A DNA stretch of 64,000 nucleotides. Origin: Priapulus caudatus (taxonomy: Eukaryota). Location: the NCBI RefSeq assembly GCF_000485595.1, contig NW_014577067.1, positions 1,080,840 to 1,144,839 on the forward strand. Direction: 5' to 3'. Shown piece by piece: positions 12,725 to 24,724 of this stretch (its first letter is position 1; each line of letters opens with the position of its first letter). The position numbers and the translations under genes were made by a program. Under the pieces are notes generated by a model. The model was not told the origin of the DNA. It saw only the letters and a program-made list of their open reading frames with translations, and did not search any database.

Positions 12725-13150
12725 GGTTGGGGGACAACCGACTCCCCGATATCGCCGTCTGCCCCGATAAACATCTCACGCACAGATCCGACCGGCTGCC
12801 CGGCGTATACCGGCTGATGGGGGACAGCCCGGTTGCCGGGCACATAGCGGCTGATGGGGGACAGCCCGGTTGCCGGGCACATAGCGGCTTAGATACAATA
12901 ATGTAACCCAAACACAGGATAATGGGGAGCCTGTGGGATATGGGAGGGGGATTGGGGAGTGGGATATCATTTGGGGATTGGAGATTGGAGGGGATAGGCC
13001 TCCACAGGATAGGTGAGCGCCCCTATCCATGGTGTTTGGGTTAACATTATGTATCTAATAGCGGCTATGAGGGACAGCCGCAGGCGGGCGTATACCAGCT
13101 GACGGGGGGACAGACGACTGCAGGAATATAGTATACTGATGGGGGCAGAC
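12725..13150. repeat. GC-rich minisatellite (about 35-bp unit) interrupted by a MITE
   Basis: GGGGACAGCCCGGTTGCCGGGCACATAGCGGCTGAT units on both sides of the 12890-13057 insertion. Confidence 0.75.
12890..13057. mobile_element. TAGATACAA-family MITE, 9-bp TSD
   Basis: TAGATACAATAATGTAACCCAAACAC / GTGTTTGGGTTAACATTATGTATCTA. Perfect ATAGCGGCT duplication (12881-12889 / 13058-13066). Confidence 0.88.
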
Positions 13151-13429
13151 AACACACAAGAAGGCCACCGTCGCGAAAATAGAAACAGCTCCTGAATATA
13201 GCCGTAATTGCCTCTACACGACGCACGCAGACTCTGGTCTGGCATGTGGGATGACTATTTCTCAGGGATGGTGGAAGCAGACAAGACACTAGTCTCATAT
13301 ACGATGATTATGTTGTGAAATTAATATCATACACAGGCGTGCGTTACAGCTACTGCAGAACGGCGCACTGTATTCCTCTAACCTTTTTCTCCTGCGCCGG
13401 GTATGTACTCATACTCTACACACCGTACC

Positions 13430-13489
13430 ACTACCGCTGCTGCTGCATTTGTGTTGTTGCTGCTGCTATATGTTTGTTTGTTTCTGGCT

Positions 13490-13524
<35 letters not shown>

Positions 13525-13735
13525 AGTCGTTGTTGGTGGTGTGTTGCAGCTCCTGCCGCTGCCCGCCCGTTGCTGCTGGCCGATACTACTGCTACTGCTA
13601 CTGCTACTTGCTACTGTTACTGCTAGTGCTAGTGCTACTGCTAGTGTACTGCTACTGCACTGCTACTGCTACTGCTACTGCTGCTACTGCTATGCTGCTA
13701 GCTGCTGCTACTGCTACTGCTACTGTACTGTTGCG
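13430..13735. repeat. Compound (GCT)n/(ACTGCT)n microsatellite
   Basis: Direct reading. Confidence 0.9.
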
Positions 13736-13968
13736 GCGGCAGAACAGCGCTGGTTCCAACACCGATAAACCCACATGTTTTTAATGGAGCTATAAAAATA
13801 AATCGAGCGACGCCGGGGGCAAAGTGTCAACGATGTATAGAATAGAGAACCTCTCTACCCCATCCCATCATCGCGTGTTGCTGACGACAGAAGAAAAAAG
13901 CTACTGCTGATTTCGAAGAACGAGCCAGAGGCAGCAGCAGCAGCAGCACGAGCATGAAGCCGCCGTAT

Positions 13969-14145
13969 CAGTGGAATCCGCTTTGTCGGGATAGGCCTCG
14001 AACCACAATGATGTCCCGATTAAGCGATGTTCTCGATAAGCGGTGAAGACAACATGAAGAACGTGTGTAGGGATTGTTTTTTTAAAAGACATGTCCGTTA
14101 AGCGATGGCCCGTTTATCCGAGCCGCGATACAAGAGGGGATCATG
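13969..14145. mobile_element. Tc1/pogo-type MITE remnant (second family)
   Basis: CAGTGG start with TCCCGATTAAGCG and CGTTTATCCGAG motifs shared with 33062-33212 (reverse), 46095-46285 and about 56120-56183. Confidence 0.55.
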
Positions 14146-14244
14146 GAATTACTTGTCGCACACAGACGTACACAAAGGCTACTTTGCATATTTTAGCTGT
14201 CATATGATTGGCACTGTGTCGATCAATACATACCGTAACTAACT

Positions 14245-14285
14245 CAAGAAGCGTAAAAGAAGGCCCTTCTTTAATAACGCTCTTG
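14245..14285. mobile_element. Degenerate CAAGAG micro-palindrome
   Basis: CAAGAAGCGTAAAAGAAGGCCCTTCTTTAATAACGCTCTTG. Same subfamily as 190-257. Confidence 0.65.
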
Positions 14286-14360
14286 ATACTAACGTGTATA
14301 CACTGTAAATCCCACACTACGTCTATACTATGGTGTGTAATTCTGTTTCATATCCGATCA

Positions 14361-14770
14361 AATTCCATTCGATGCGTGATCGAATGATTCGATGCGTGAA
14401 TCGAATGATTCGATGCGTGAATCGAATGATTTCGATGCGACGAATCGAATGATTCGAATGCATCATTCGAATTACACGTGGCATCGAATCATTCGATTCA
14501 CGCAACATCGAATCATTCGATTCCACGCATCGAATCATTCGATTCAGCATCGAATCATTCGATTCACAGCATCGAATCATTGATTCACAGTGGCATCGAA
14601 ATGATTCGATTCACGCATCGAAATATTCGATGCATCAGTTCGATGCGTGAATCGAATCATTCGATTTGCATCATTCGTATTCACTGCATCGGAATCATTC
14701 GATTCACGCATCGAATCATTCGATTCACGCATCGAATCATTCGATTTACGCATCCGAATTCATTTCGATT
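14361..14770. repeat. 21-bp minisatellite arranged in alternating inverted blocks
   Basis: GATGCGTGAATCGAATGATTC units run forward, reverse, forward, reverse. Confidence 0.9.
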
Positions 14771-16659
14771 ATCTTTCTGATATAAAATTCAAATAATATG
14801 CGATAAATCAAATCGTAATTGTGATAAATCGAATGTTATTATGTGATAAAATCGAAATGTTATATGTTATAAAATCAACCATAAACAAAAATCGAATTAT
14901 GACACAAACAACTTGCCATACTATACCCCTCCCTCAATCAACAGTGCTGTCGGTGTCTGGCAAGTTGGCAACACCCACCAACCCTCCTCCCAAATCTGCC
15001 AACCGTCCCCATCCTCGAGCAAATGAAATATGCTGTCAGTGTCTGGCAACATTTCCGCCGAGTGATAGGTTCTCAAACAAACCAGAATGTGCCCACTGAC
15101 AAAACATTACCACGGTGGATTTGGGGACCCGCCACGGGCCGCCTGCTTCCTGAGCCAATGAAGCAGCCTGTCTCTCTGTATTTTTCAATTCTAAAACATC
15201 GTTTTACGTTGTTAACGACTTGCAGCGAGCAGCAAACATGAAATTGACGACGTTTCAGAGAGTTACTCACGTAGGTAGCTACACGTTCGCGAAGTGTGCA
15301 ATTTATATGCAAATCGTAGTAATTTGCAAAACTACTGCTTCGCGTGCAATTTTCTGCGGCGCTGAAACGGATCGATAGATGGGAGCTAGGAAATGCTGCT
15401 ACGCACTATACGATTGATTTAGAATCCGTCGATACCGCTGGCTCGCGCCGTGTGTGTGTGTGTGCGCGCGCGTGCGCGGCGCGCGTGGTGTTGTGTGGTC
15501 TGTGCGTGCGTGCGTGCGTGCATGCGTGCGTGCGTGTTTAGTATTCCACTCCTGTGCCACCCGCATCAACGTTGACAACTACGCATTTGCATAACATTAA
15601 CCAACGGCTATAGGGCCATAATTCGTTTAGGAGCTCACGCACACCCGACGATTTCCCAACACACAGGGTTAGTGTCAGGGTTAGGGTTAGCAGTAAACAG
15701 GGCGTCACGAGCGGATTTCAGCCTAAGGAAATACGCCCCCGCCCTCTCGAAAGTGGACTGGTCTGACCAACCAGCGTGACAAGTGAAAAAAAAAAAAAAA
15801 AACTACTTATATCAGCGTGGTATGGCTCAGGTTTAATTCGAGGAAAGTAGAATAAAAAGGGACGTTTTAGAAACAGAAAGACGAGAGTCACTAGGGCTAG
15901 GGTCCTAGGATGTGAGTATAGTTTTGGTTTTTCAATTGATTGTTTTGCTTGCGGTTGTACTTTGTTGTATAAACTACTTGAGTAATGTGTAAAACTTACA
16001 CGTTTGATACGGTGTTACATTACGGTAGTGTGTGCTTTGTGCTGTTTGTTATTCGTTTAGTTTAAGGACCTGATGTACGCGTCATGCACATAGAGGGATA
16101 TAATAATTGCGTATCTAGTTTGTACTTCTGTAGAGTATTAATAGAACTAGTAATGTTGGTGTATCGTTTAAACATCTTTTGTTTCTGTCATAGATGCGTT
16201 ATCGATGTTCTCTCATATTAAGTCACGTGTATCTAAGTGTAAATTTCTTACAACTCGCCCGAAGAGTACGAACGGCTGATGCAGGTACTAGGCACTTGAC
16301 CGTGATCAATTCTGGCTGATCTCATAGGCTGATCACTGGCTGATCTCAGGCTGATCTCAGGCAGGTACAGGCACTGACCTGATCACTGGCTGATCTCAGG
16401 CAGGCCTGATCTCTGCACAGGCACGAGATGTGACTCTGAGTACTATTATTGACGATTCAGGATTCCTATCAATTATTTGATTAGACTAATAGATTATGAG
16501 ATTGATTATTTGATAGACTCTGATTACGATCAATTCCAAGATCATTACAATAGGAAACACACGTCTGGTCCAGAATTGGCTGCGCGTCAGGCATACTAGT
16601 TAGCCCACACGTGTTAGCAGCAAGCTATCCGACATGTGCCTCTGATGTGCACGGCTAAA

Positions 16660-17215
16660 GAGAGAGGGAGGGGGAGAGTGAGAGCCAGAGGGAGTGAGAG
16701 CGAGAGAGAGAGACGAGAGAGAGAGAGAGAGAGATGAAGAGAGAGAGAGAGCGATAACACAGAGAGAGAGATATGAGAGAGAGGATGAGGCGATGAGATG
16801 ATGAGAGAGAGAGAAGAGAGAGAGAGAGGAGAGAGAGAGAAAGAAAGCGAGAGATAAGAGATACGAGAGAGAAGCCGAGAGAGGATAGAGAGAGATGAGA
16901 GAGTAGAGAGAGTAGAGAGAGAGAGAGAGTAGCGATTGAGAGAGGACGAGAGAAGAGATGAGATGAGGAGAGAGCGATGAGAGATGAGAGATAGAGATGA
17001 GAGAGAAGAGAGTAAGACGAGAGAAGGAGAGAGAGAACGATGAGAGAATAGTCGACGAGATAAGAATATGAAGAGATAAGTCGAGAGTAGAAGAAGAGAT
17101 GAGAGAGAGAGATGAGAGATGATGAGTAGAGAGAGAGAGATGAGAGCAGAGAAAGCGATAAGAATGATGAGAGATGAAAGCGATAAGATAGAGATTAAGG
17201 AGAGAAATTGAGAGA

Positions 17216-17247
<32 letters not shown>

Positions 17248-17436
17248 GTAGAGAGAGAGAGAAGGGAGAGCAGAGAGAGCAAGAGAGTAGAGAGAGAGAT
17301 AAGCGATGAGAGAGAGAAGAGAGAGAGAGAGAGATGAGTAGAGATGTAGAGAGATGTAAAGAGAGCTGATGAGAGAGAGAAGAGAGAGAGAGGAGAAAAG
17401 CGAGAGATAGAGATAGAGAAAGAAGAGAGAAAGCGA

Positions 17437-17467
<31 letters not shown>

Positions 17468-17510
17468 AGAGAAGAGAGAGAGAAGAGAGAAGAGAGAGCG
17501 AGAGAAGGAC
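16660..17510. repeat. Long noisy (GA)n tract, probably low-accuracy gap fill
   Basis: (GA)n with scattered single-base indels. The adjacent 15.8-16.6 kb sequence is similarly noisy. Confidence 0.8.
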
Positions 17511-17724
17511 AAGCCGCGCGGGGGAGATAGGAAGCGCAGAAACAGGGAGAGCGAGAGGGGGAAAGATGGGGATGTGTCCAATGGAGAGGGGGAAGACGGG
17601 AGACAGCCACTCATACGTTGACAGTCGGTCGTTGCAGAAATTACAGCCGGTTTTTTAAGTGGAGAGTGTGCCTTGCCACAGATTGGCGAGACATCCAGGA
17701 AGGGTGTGGGAAACAACGAGAGTG

Positions 17725-17828
17725 AGACAGACATACAGACGGACGGATGGACGGACCGAACGGACAGACAGACAGACAGACAGACAGACAACAGAACAGA
17801 AGACAGACAGACAGACAGACAGACCAGT

Positions 17829-17899
<71 letters not shown>

Positions 17900-18088
17900 G
17901 TCAGAAACACAAAGAGACCATGAATGTACAGAAGAAACAGCAGCGGCGGCGGCTAGGACTATATCGATTTCCATTTCAGAGATCTCGACCAACGCAACGA
18001 CGTCTGCCAGCATCAGACGTAGCAGAAGGAGCCGCAGCAGCAGCGGTAGTAGTAGTACAGCAGCAACAGCAGCAGCAGGAGCAGCAGT

Positions 18089-18143
<55 letters not shown>

Positions 18144-18215
18144 GCAGCAGGAGCAGCAGTAACAACAACAACAACAACAACAACAACAGCAGCAGCAGCA
18201 GAGGTAGCAGCAGTA
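17725..18215. repeat. (CAGA)n and (CAA/CAG)n microsatellites
   Basis: Direct reading. Confidence 0.9.
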
Positions 18216-19167
18216 AGCGTGCGCATGTGATGAGATAAAAGAAGCAGATAGCGTAATAACCAAAGCTAGGCTTCGCTCACACAGCACGAGAGATTCAGCT
18301 CAGACCAGACAATGAAGCAGAAGTCTCACCGGGAAGAGATTGATGGCAATTATTACTTTTTGCTCGCGGGTAAATAAATCTTTTATATACATAGCTGATG
18401 ATTATGTAAATCATGACGAGTGAGATGCATCTGCGCAAGCGCACGAGCTCAAACAATCCCATGCTCCTTTGTTAGCAATCGTTCTCGTACAGTCGTACAT
18501 AACAAGGGCATTTGATTAGTCCCTCCATCGAAACTGTATCGCGGACGACGCCTTTTTAACGCGCTTTTTTAATCCAACCACCAAGCCGAGAAAATTGCGA
18601 GCGCCGTGCGATGTATCCACTTCCCAAAGCCCACTTACGTCACGCTCTATGCGAAAATACCCTACGTGAACTTCACGCATATTCGCGATCGTCTATGTAA
18701 CATCGTTGGTGATGATGATGATAGACAGTATAGGATGCTCTGACCGTATGATGACGTACCGCAACGCAAAAACATGAATTTCGGAGACATTACCCTTCAA
18801 TTTCACGCGGATGGATGACGATCAACATTTGATCGCCATGTTCAAACAAGGAAGGGGTTCGTCGATGAATAAATAGTAGAGAGTTGACGTAATCGACGGT
18901 AGGTTTGTTTGCCTACGATTAAAAAAATAATTGCGCATCGAACAATAGCTAGGTCTGCACGCACGGAAATAATTAACGCGGTGTGAACTTTCGGTTACGA
19001 CGTATATGCGTACGACCGAGTCTTCTTCCTATACACGCTGCACGTACACGAATGAATAACTGTGCGATGATGCTGCGTGCTCTTGCGAGGTTCATCTCTT
19101 CAGTTGACACGCACACACACGCACGCACGCACACACACACACGCACACACACACACGCTCGCACACG

Positions 19168-19249
<82 letters not shown>

Positions 19250-19666
19250 NNNNNNNNNNNNNNNNNNNNNNNNNNNNNNNNNNNNNNNNNNNNNNNNNNN
19301 NNNNNNNNNNNNNNNNNNNNNNNNNNNNNNNNNNNNNNNNNNNNNNNNNNNNNNNNNNNNNNNNNNNNNNNNNNNNNNNNNNNNNNNNNNNNNNNNNNNN
19401 NNNNNNNNNNNNNNNNNNNNNNNNNNNNNNNNNNNNNNNNNNNNNNNNNNNNNNNNNNNNNNNNNNNNNNNNNNNNNNNNNNNNNNNNNNNNNNNNNNNN
19501 NNNNNNNNNNNNNNNNNNNNNNNNNNNNNNNNNNNNNNNNNNNNNNNNNNNNNNNNNNNNNNNNNNNNNNNNNNNNNNNNNNNNNNNNNNNNNNNNNNNN
19601 NNNNNNNNNNNNNNNNNNNNNNNNNNNNNNNNNNNNNNNNNNNNNNNNNNNNNNNNNNNNNNNNNN

Positions 19667-19765
<99 letters not shown>

Positions 19766-20276
19766 CATGTGTGCGCGTTTGTGTGTGTTCGTGCGTGTGA
19801 GTGTAGGTGCCACGGCTCTCAGACACCGGGGCAACTGACTGTGAAAACGTGTACGCGGATTAAACAGGCTTGAAAAATGGGTCAGCTGTACTCTCTCTCA
19901 CACACGCACGGACGCACGCATACACGCACACGCACACACATACACACACACACGCACGCACGCGCGCGCAATCACACACAAACATACACCAGGACTGCCG
20001 GTTGACGTGCCGGATTGCGCACCAAACGAGATTACAACTCTCGCGTTTACCGAGTTACTGCGGACCATCATTTCTGACCCGTACGAGTAGTCTGAGTCCC
20101 GTACGACGGCGGCGGCCGGCAGGAGTGACGTGCGACCCGTGCTGCATGGCTGCTGGCAGCACGCCTGCATGGTTGGCATGCATCACAGTCGCACTTGCCC
20201 GATTAGCGACGGCCAGGGGGTAAAACGCGAGTATTAGTCACGCCTGCGTCCGTCTGCCTCCCGGACTCCCTGGGGC

Positions 20277-20305
20277 AGCAGCAGCAGTAACACCACCACC
20301 ACCAC

Positions 20306-20359
<54 letters not shown>

Positions 20360-20437
20360 ATGCAGTAGCAGCAATACCACTACAACCACCAGCAGCAGAA
20401 GCAGCAGCAGCACGACCACGACGACCACAACCACCAT

Positions 20438-20524
<87 letters not shown>

Positions 20525-20677
20525 CGGCAGCATTAGCAGCAGCAGTAGCACCACCATAACCACCACCACCAACAACAACAACAACAGCAGCAGCCCCACC
20601 ACCAGCAGCAGCAACAGCAGCAGCATCAGCAGCATCACCACCACCAGCAGCAGCCGCAACAGCAACAGCAGCAGCAG
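20277..20677. repeat. Compound (CAG/CAA/CAC)n microsatellite
   Basis: Direct reading. Confidence 0.9.
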
Positions 20678-20908
20678 GAGACAGGCACGTCAAGGCTGTT
20701 GAATGTTTTGACATTCGACAGCACGCGCGAGCGGTTCGGCTAACCCCATACCGGTTGCAAAAGTCCCCGCGGCTGAACCAACGAGGCTCGATTCGTCAAT
20801 GACTACTGAAATAAGTCTACCCCACCCCCCCTCCTCAGTTTCACTCGTTCGCACGAGGATGTCCACAGCCGTAGATGAAATAATATAGCCCAACAGAGTA
20901 GCAGAATC

Positions 20909-21019
20909 TAGATACAATAGCGTAACACACGAATATGGTACCATTGGTTATTTTATGTGTTCAGTTGGGGTATAACCCTACTCTCGTGTCTCTTGTGTTT
21001 GGTTACATTATTGCATTTG
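20909..21019. mobile_element. Degenerate TAGATACAA-family element
   Basis: TAGATACAATAGCGTAACAC / GTTTGGTTACATTATTGCATTTG. Flanks AGCAGAATC / CGTAGAACC match 6/9. Confidence 0.6.
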
Positions 21020-22245
21020 CGTAGAACCCTATTCTCGGCTGGGTAGTACATTATCGTACCGTGGGCAAGTCCACGAGTTTACGCACGTTACGTATGGGAC
21101 ATTCAGAAAGTTTAACCCTCTGAAAAGCAATTAAAATATTCATTGATTTCAGTTTTTTTAATCCAAGGTTGGACATCTGCAAGGAGAATACCAACAAGAA
21201 TTTATATGTTATTTGTCTTTGGGATGATTATGTAATTAAGAGAACATGGTGCGTTACGCACGGGACCGCAAGGGGACCTTCTTTGGACTTGCCCACCTAC
21301 TCCCGGCAACCGTCCCTCTGCGAGGCATGCGATATCACTCGTCTGCTACACTAAGTATAAACGCCCGCGTCGAAAGCAAACTCCACCAGTAGGTCGGCGA
21401 TAAGTCGCGACGCTCGCTCGTTCGCACACACAACAAATCGCTACTTTTACAGTATCGCCACCATTTACTGCTCGGTCCGGTTGTAAACAACGCGATAACT
21501 CGCCGCGTGTACGGCCCGCAGGGTAAGTACATATGGGGGTGGCTCGGGTGAGGTATTTTACGCCGGGGCGTAGAAGAGATATGAGCGCTCGCTGTCGGCA
21601 AGGCGTGGCAGTGCTAGTGCAGCCGGTGTTACGTCGACCATACCTCATATCGATGCAACAGATGCAGAACTACGGGACGAGCAGCTGCTGCTTTGCTGAA
21701 ATACAGTTATACTGTCTCGATCGTTTACGCAGCGAAGTGGGCACGCATCGAATTCAAACCGCTTCCGTAGACTGACGCCGCTACGTAGCACGCAAACGCG
21801 ATCGTTTGAACCGACGACGTGAGGTGACGTCTGAGGCCACCATCCAATCCCATCGCGGGAGGCGAGCAACAAAGACTGTGCCCCAGCCTGTCATAGACGG
21901 ACTCCCTAAGGCGTTGTAGAGCAATGGGGAAAAGCCACAGCGACTGCTGTAGTCAGTCTATGCCCTGGCCTGGAATCTATAGGCGTTAATGACAGCAGGC
22001 GTGAGGGAGGACAATAGAAACATTACCCCCTCAGCCGCTACCTCCCTCCCTCCCTCCCTTCTCCCTTACTGCAGAAACAATACATAGCCCGCCATAACGT
22101 TAATTTTCATTATTGTTCGATTTGCAGCCATGTCTGGCAAAGCCTTGCGTGCATTATGTCTATGCGATAAAATGACTATAAGGATTCTGTCTGTCTGCCT
22201 GCATTATCATTGCGTACACAGCGTGATAATACCAGAGGTACATGA

Positions 22246-22302
<57 letters not shown>

Positions 22303-22768
22303 TGAAAGAGTAGAAAATCGCTTATTAACGTACTCATGATAACACTTATTTCAGACTAGCAATTACATCAGATTAATTTTGTTGAAACTATAGGCTAGCA
22401 TGGTGTTATAAGTGTTATCCTTTCTTGTGTATATCTCTCCTGCTTCCTCTTTTTTCCTTTTTTTCTTCTTCTTCTTATTCTTACTCTTCTTCTTCTTTCC
22501 TTTCGACATCTTCCTCTTTTTAGTTTATGCAACAAACTTTACTTGTGAAGGCTTTAGCAGCTGGTAAAATAAGTCGCAAGGCAAGAGCGCAAGACAATCA
22601 TGCACACTATCTAACTGTTACAGTACAGACAACACCGCACAGGTATCACCGTACGCAAACAAGCGTGTTTACTCAGGCTATACGCTGCTCTGAATCATCA
22701 ACACCCGCACAGTACAGCAAAGATCGAAGAGCGATGAGCTAGAGAAAGTTGAATAAGGGGAGAAGAAA

Positions 22769-22848
<80 letters not shown>

Positions 22849-23325
22849 TGGAGAGACCGAGTGAGGAAAGGAGTGCAAGGTTGAAGCAAATGAGAGGCAG
22901 AACGATACACAGACGGACGGACGGACGGGCGACAGTCAGACAGAGAAAGAGGAGAGCTGAAGGGAGGAAGAGAGGAAGAGAGGAAGAGAGGAAGGTAGGA
23001 AGAGAGGAGGGGAGGAGGGGATGAGGGGAGGGAGGCAGAGAACTCACATGACAGACACACACAGAGAGTGAGAGAGAGAAAGAGAGAACGCGCGAGAGAG
23101 ATAGAGAGACACAGGGGGGAGATTGAGATGGAGGGTTCAAGGAACACACAAACCCCCCTAGAGCTGTTGTATCACGTATTTCGCCTCGACTGCCGAGACG
23201 ACTCGACTGCCCCTAGCACGCAGGCGCCCATGTCCCCTCTAAACCCATGATCCTGTGTCATCTGATGATGTCCTGACCTCTCTCTTGACCCAAACTAGTA
23301 GTAGTACTGACCGCACGCACTTACA

Positions 23326-23397
23326 TAGCTCTAGTAGTAGTACTATAGCCCGCGCAGTGTCTGCGGCAACTGTACGCGAACTATAGTACTAGAGCTA
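23326..23397. mobile_element. TAGCTCTAG-family micro-MITE inserted at the splice donor
   Basis: TAGCTCTAGTA...TACTAGAGCTA. TSD GCACTTACA (23317-23325) / ACACTTACA (23398-23406). Interior matches the ends of the 60245-60613 element. Confidence 0.88.
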
Positions 23398-23405
23398 ACA
23401 CTTAC

Positions 23406-23610
23406 AGTGACATCGCCGTTCGCGGAGCTAACACTAGAGGGCGCCGCCGTCTCTCCCTTCGTCGACGTAGTCGTCGGCGTCTCGCTTCGGTTCGTGTCCA
23501 GCGAGTCCTTGCTGGCGCTCAGACTGCGGTAGCCTCCCGTCAGCTTCTCTCGCTCGCTCAGGTACTTCGAGTAGGCCGACTTGTAGTCCTTGTAGTCCGC
23601 GCCCTTCCCC

Positions 23611-23663
<53 letters not shown>

Positions 23664-23828
23664 TCCCACTGCCGACGACACGCGGGCCGCATCCGCCGCT
23701 TTAGCATCCTCGGCGGATCTCGACACTGCGGCGCTCTCCTGCTGTCTCCTCAGCCTCCGCTCGCGGGCTTCGGCTAGCAGCGCGTTTGACGACATTCCCG
23801 TCGCCGGGGTCGGTCGCGAAGACGACAT
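23406..23828 (-). CDS. First coding exon of an unidentified spliced gene (141 codons, low-complexity N-terminus with poly-Gly)
   Basis: ATG at 23828-23826 opens a GC-rich, protein-like frame (MSSSRPTPATGMSSNALLAEARERRLRRQQES...DYKDYKSAYSKYLSEREKLTGGYRSLSASKDSLD...ANGDVT). It ends at a consensus donor ACT|GTAAGT (intron starts 23405). Length is 423 nt, phase 0. The ORF-track extension to 23343 is intron/MITE read-through. No domain recognised. Confidence 0.8.
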
Positions 23829-24059
23829 GATCAGGGAGGGAAGCTATATCCTGGAGGGCACATACACAGGCAGGCACACTCACACGCGCGCGTGGTCAGC
23901 TCGATTTGTATGCTCGACACCACGACGGTACATACGTCAGTGCGCGGCAGCTGCTGCTCCTAATCTGTGTGCGGACTGCGGCGGCGGCAGCAGCAGCAGC
24001 AGCCATGCCCAGGGATGATTCAGACAGACGCAGGCTACTGTGTCATGCCAGGCGCGGCG

Positions 24060-24142
24060 AAGACTGACACGCGCGCCGCTTACGCCCGGTCGCTCGCGCC
24101 GGAGTGAGCGATTGACGGTGTCAGTCTATTGTTAAACTGAAT
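24060..24142 (-). promoter_or_regulatory. Possible core promoter/initiator for the 23828 exon
   Basis: Two minus-strand TCAGT(C/T) initiator-like motifs (about 24062-24067 and 24135-24140) in a CpG-rich, non-repetitive stretch 240-310 nt upstream of the ATG. Motif-only evidence. Confidence 0.25.
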
Positions 24143-24284
24143 CATAACAGCCACGCGGCGACGTACGGCGGGTAAAACGGGTGAAATATCAGTCGGCACA
24201 TTCTCTACCTCCTGTGCAGCGAATATATACCTCAAGATAATTGACGCATTGATTAAAAACCAAAGAAAGAGGGGGTAAAGAAGG

Positions 24285-24358
24285 AGAGAGAGAGGGAGAG
24301 AGAGAGAGAGAGAGAGAGAAAGAAAACGCGAGAGAAAGGAGAAATAGAAGAGAGAGAA

Positions 24359-24399
<41 letters not shown>

Positions 24400-24434
24400 A
24401 AACGCGAGAGAAAGGAGAAATAGAAGAGAGAGAA

Positions 24435-24475
<41 letters not shown>

Positions 24476-24510
24476 AAACGCGAGAGAAAGGAGAAATAGA
24501 AGAGAGAGAA

Positions 24511-24551
<41 letters not shown>

Positions 24552-24586
24552 AAACGCGAGAGAAAGGAGAAATAGAAGAGAGAGAA

Positions 24587-24627
<41 letters not shown>

Positions 24628-24644
24628 AAACGCGAGAGAAAGGA
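24285..24644. repeat. Composite minisatellite (about 70-bp unit with variable GA run), about 5 copies
   Basis: AAAGAAAACGCGAGAGAAAGGAGAAATAGAAGAGAGAGAAAGAGTG(AG)n repeated up to a 25-N gap. Confidence 0.9.
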
Positions 24645-24669
24645 NNNNNNNNNNNNNNNNNNNNNNNNN

Positions 24670-24724
<55 letters not shown>

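Noticed and set aside
14361..14770. GAA/TTC-rich array as heat-shock elements
   Set aside because: Spacing is GAA-NNN-TTC, not the nGAAnnTTCn period.
16600..20714. Long Ser/Leu, Thr, Cys/Val, His/Thr and poly-Leu ORFs
   Set aside because: These are translations of microsatellites and gaps, open in several frames on both strands, with no splice or domain support.
23343..23405. C-terminal 20 codons of the 161-aa ORF as a single-exon gene
   Set aside because: They follow a consensus GTAAGT donor and consist of TSD plus MITE sequence.
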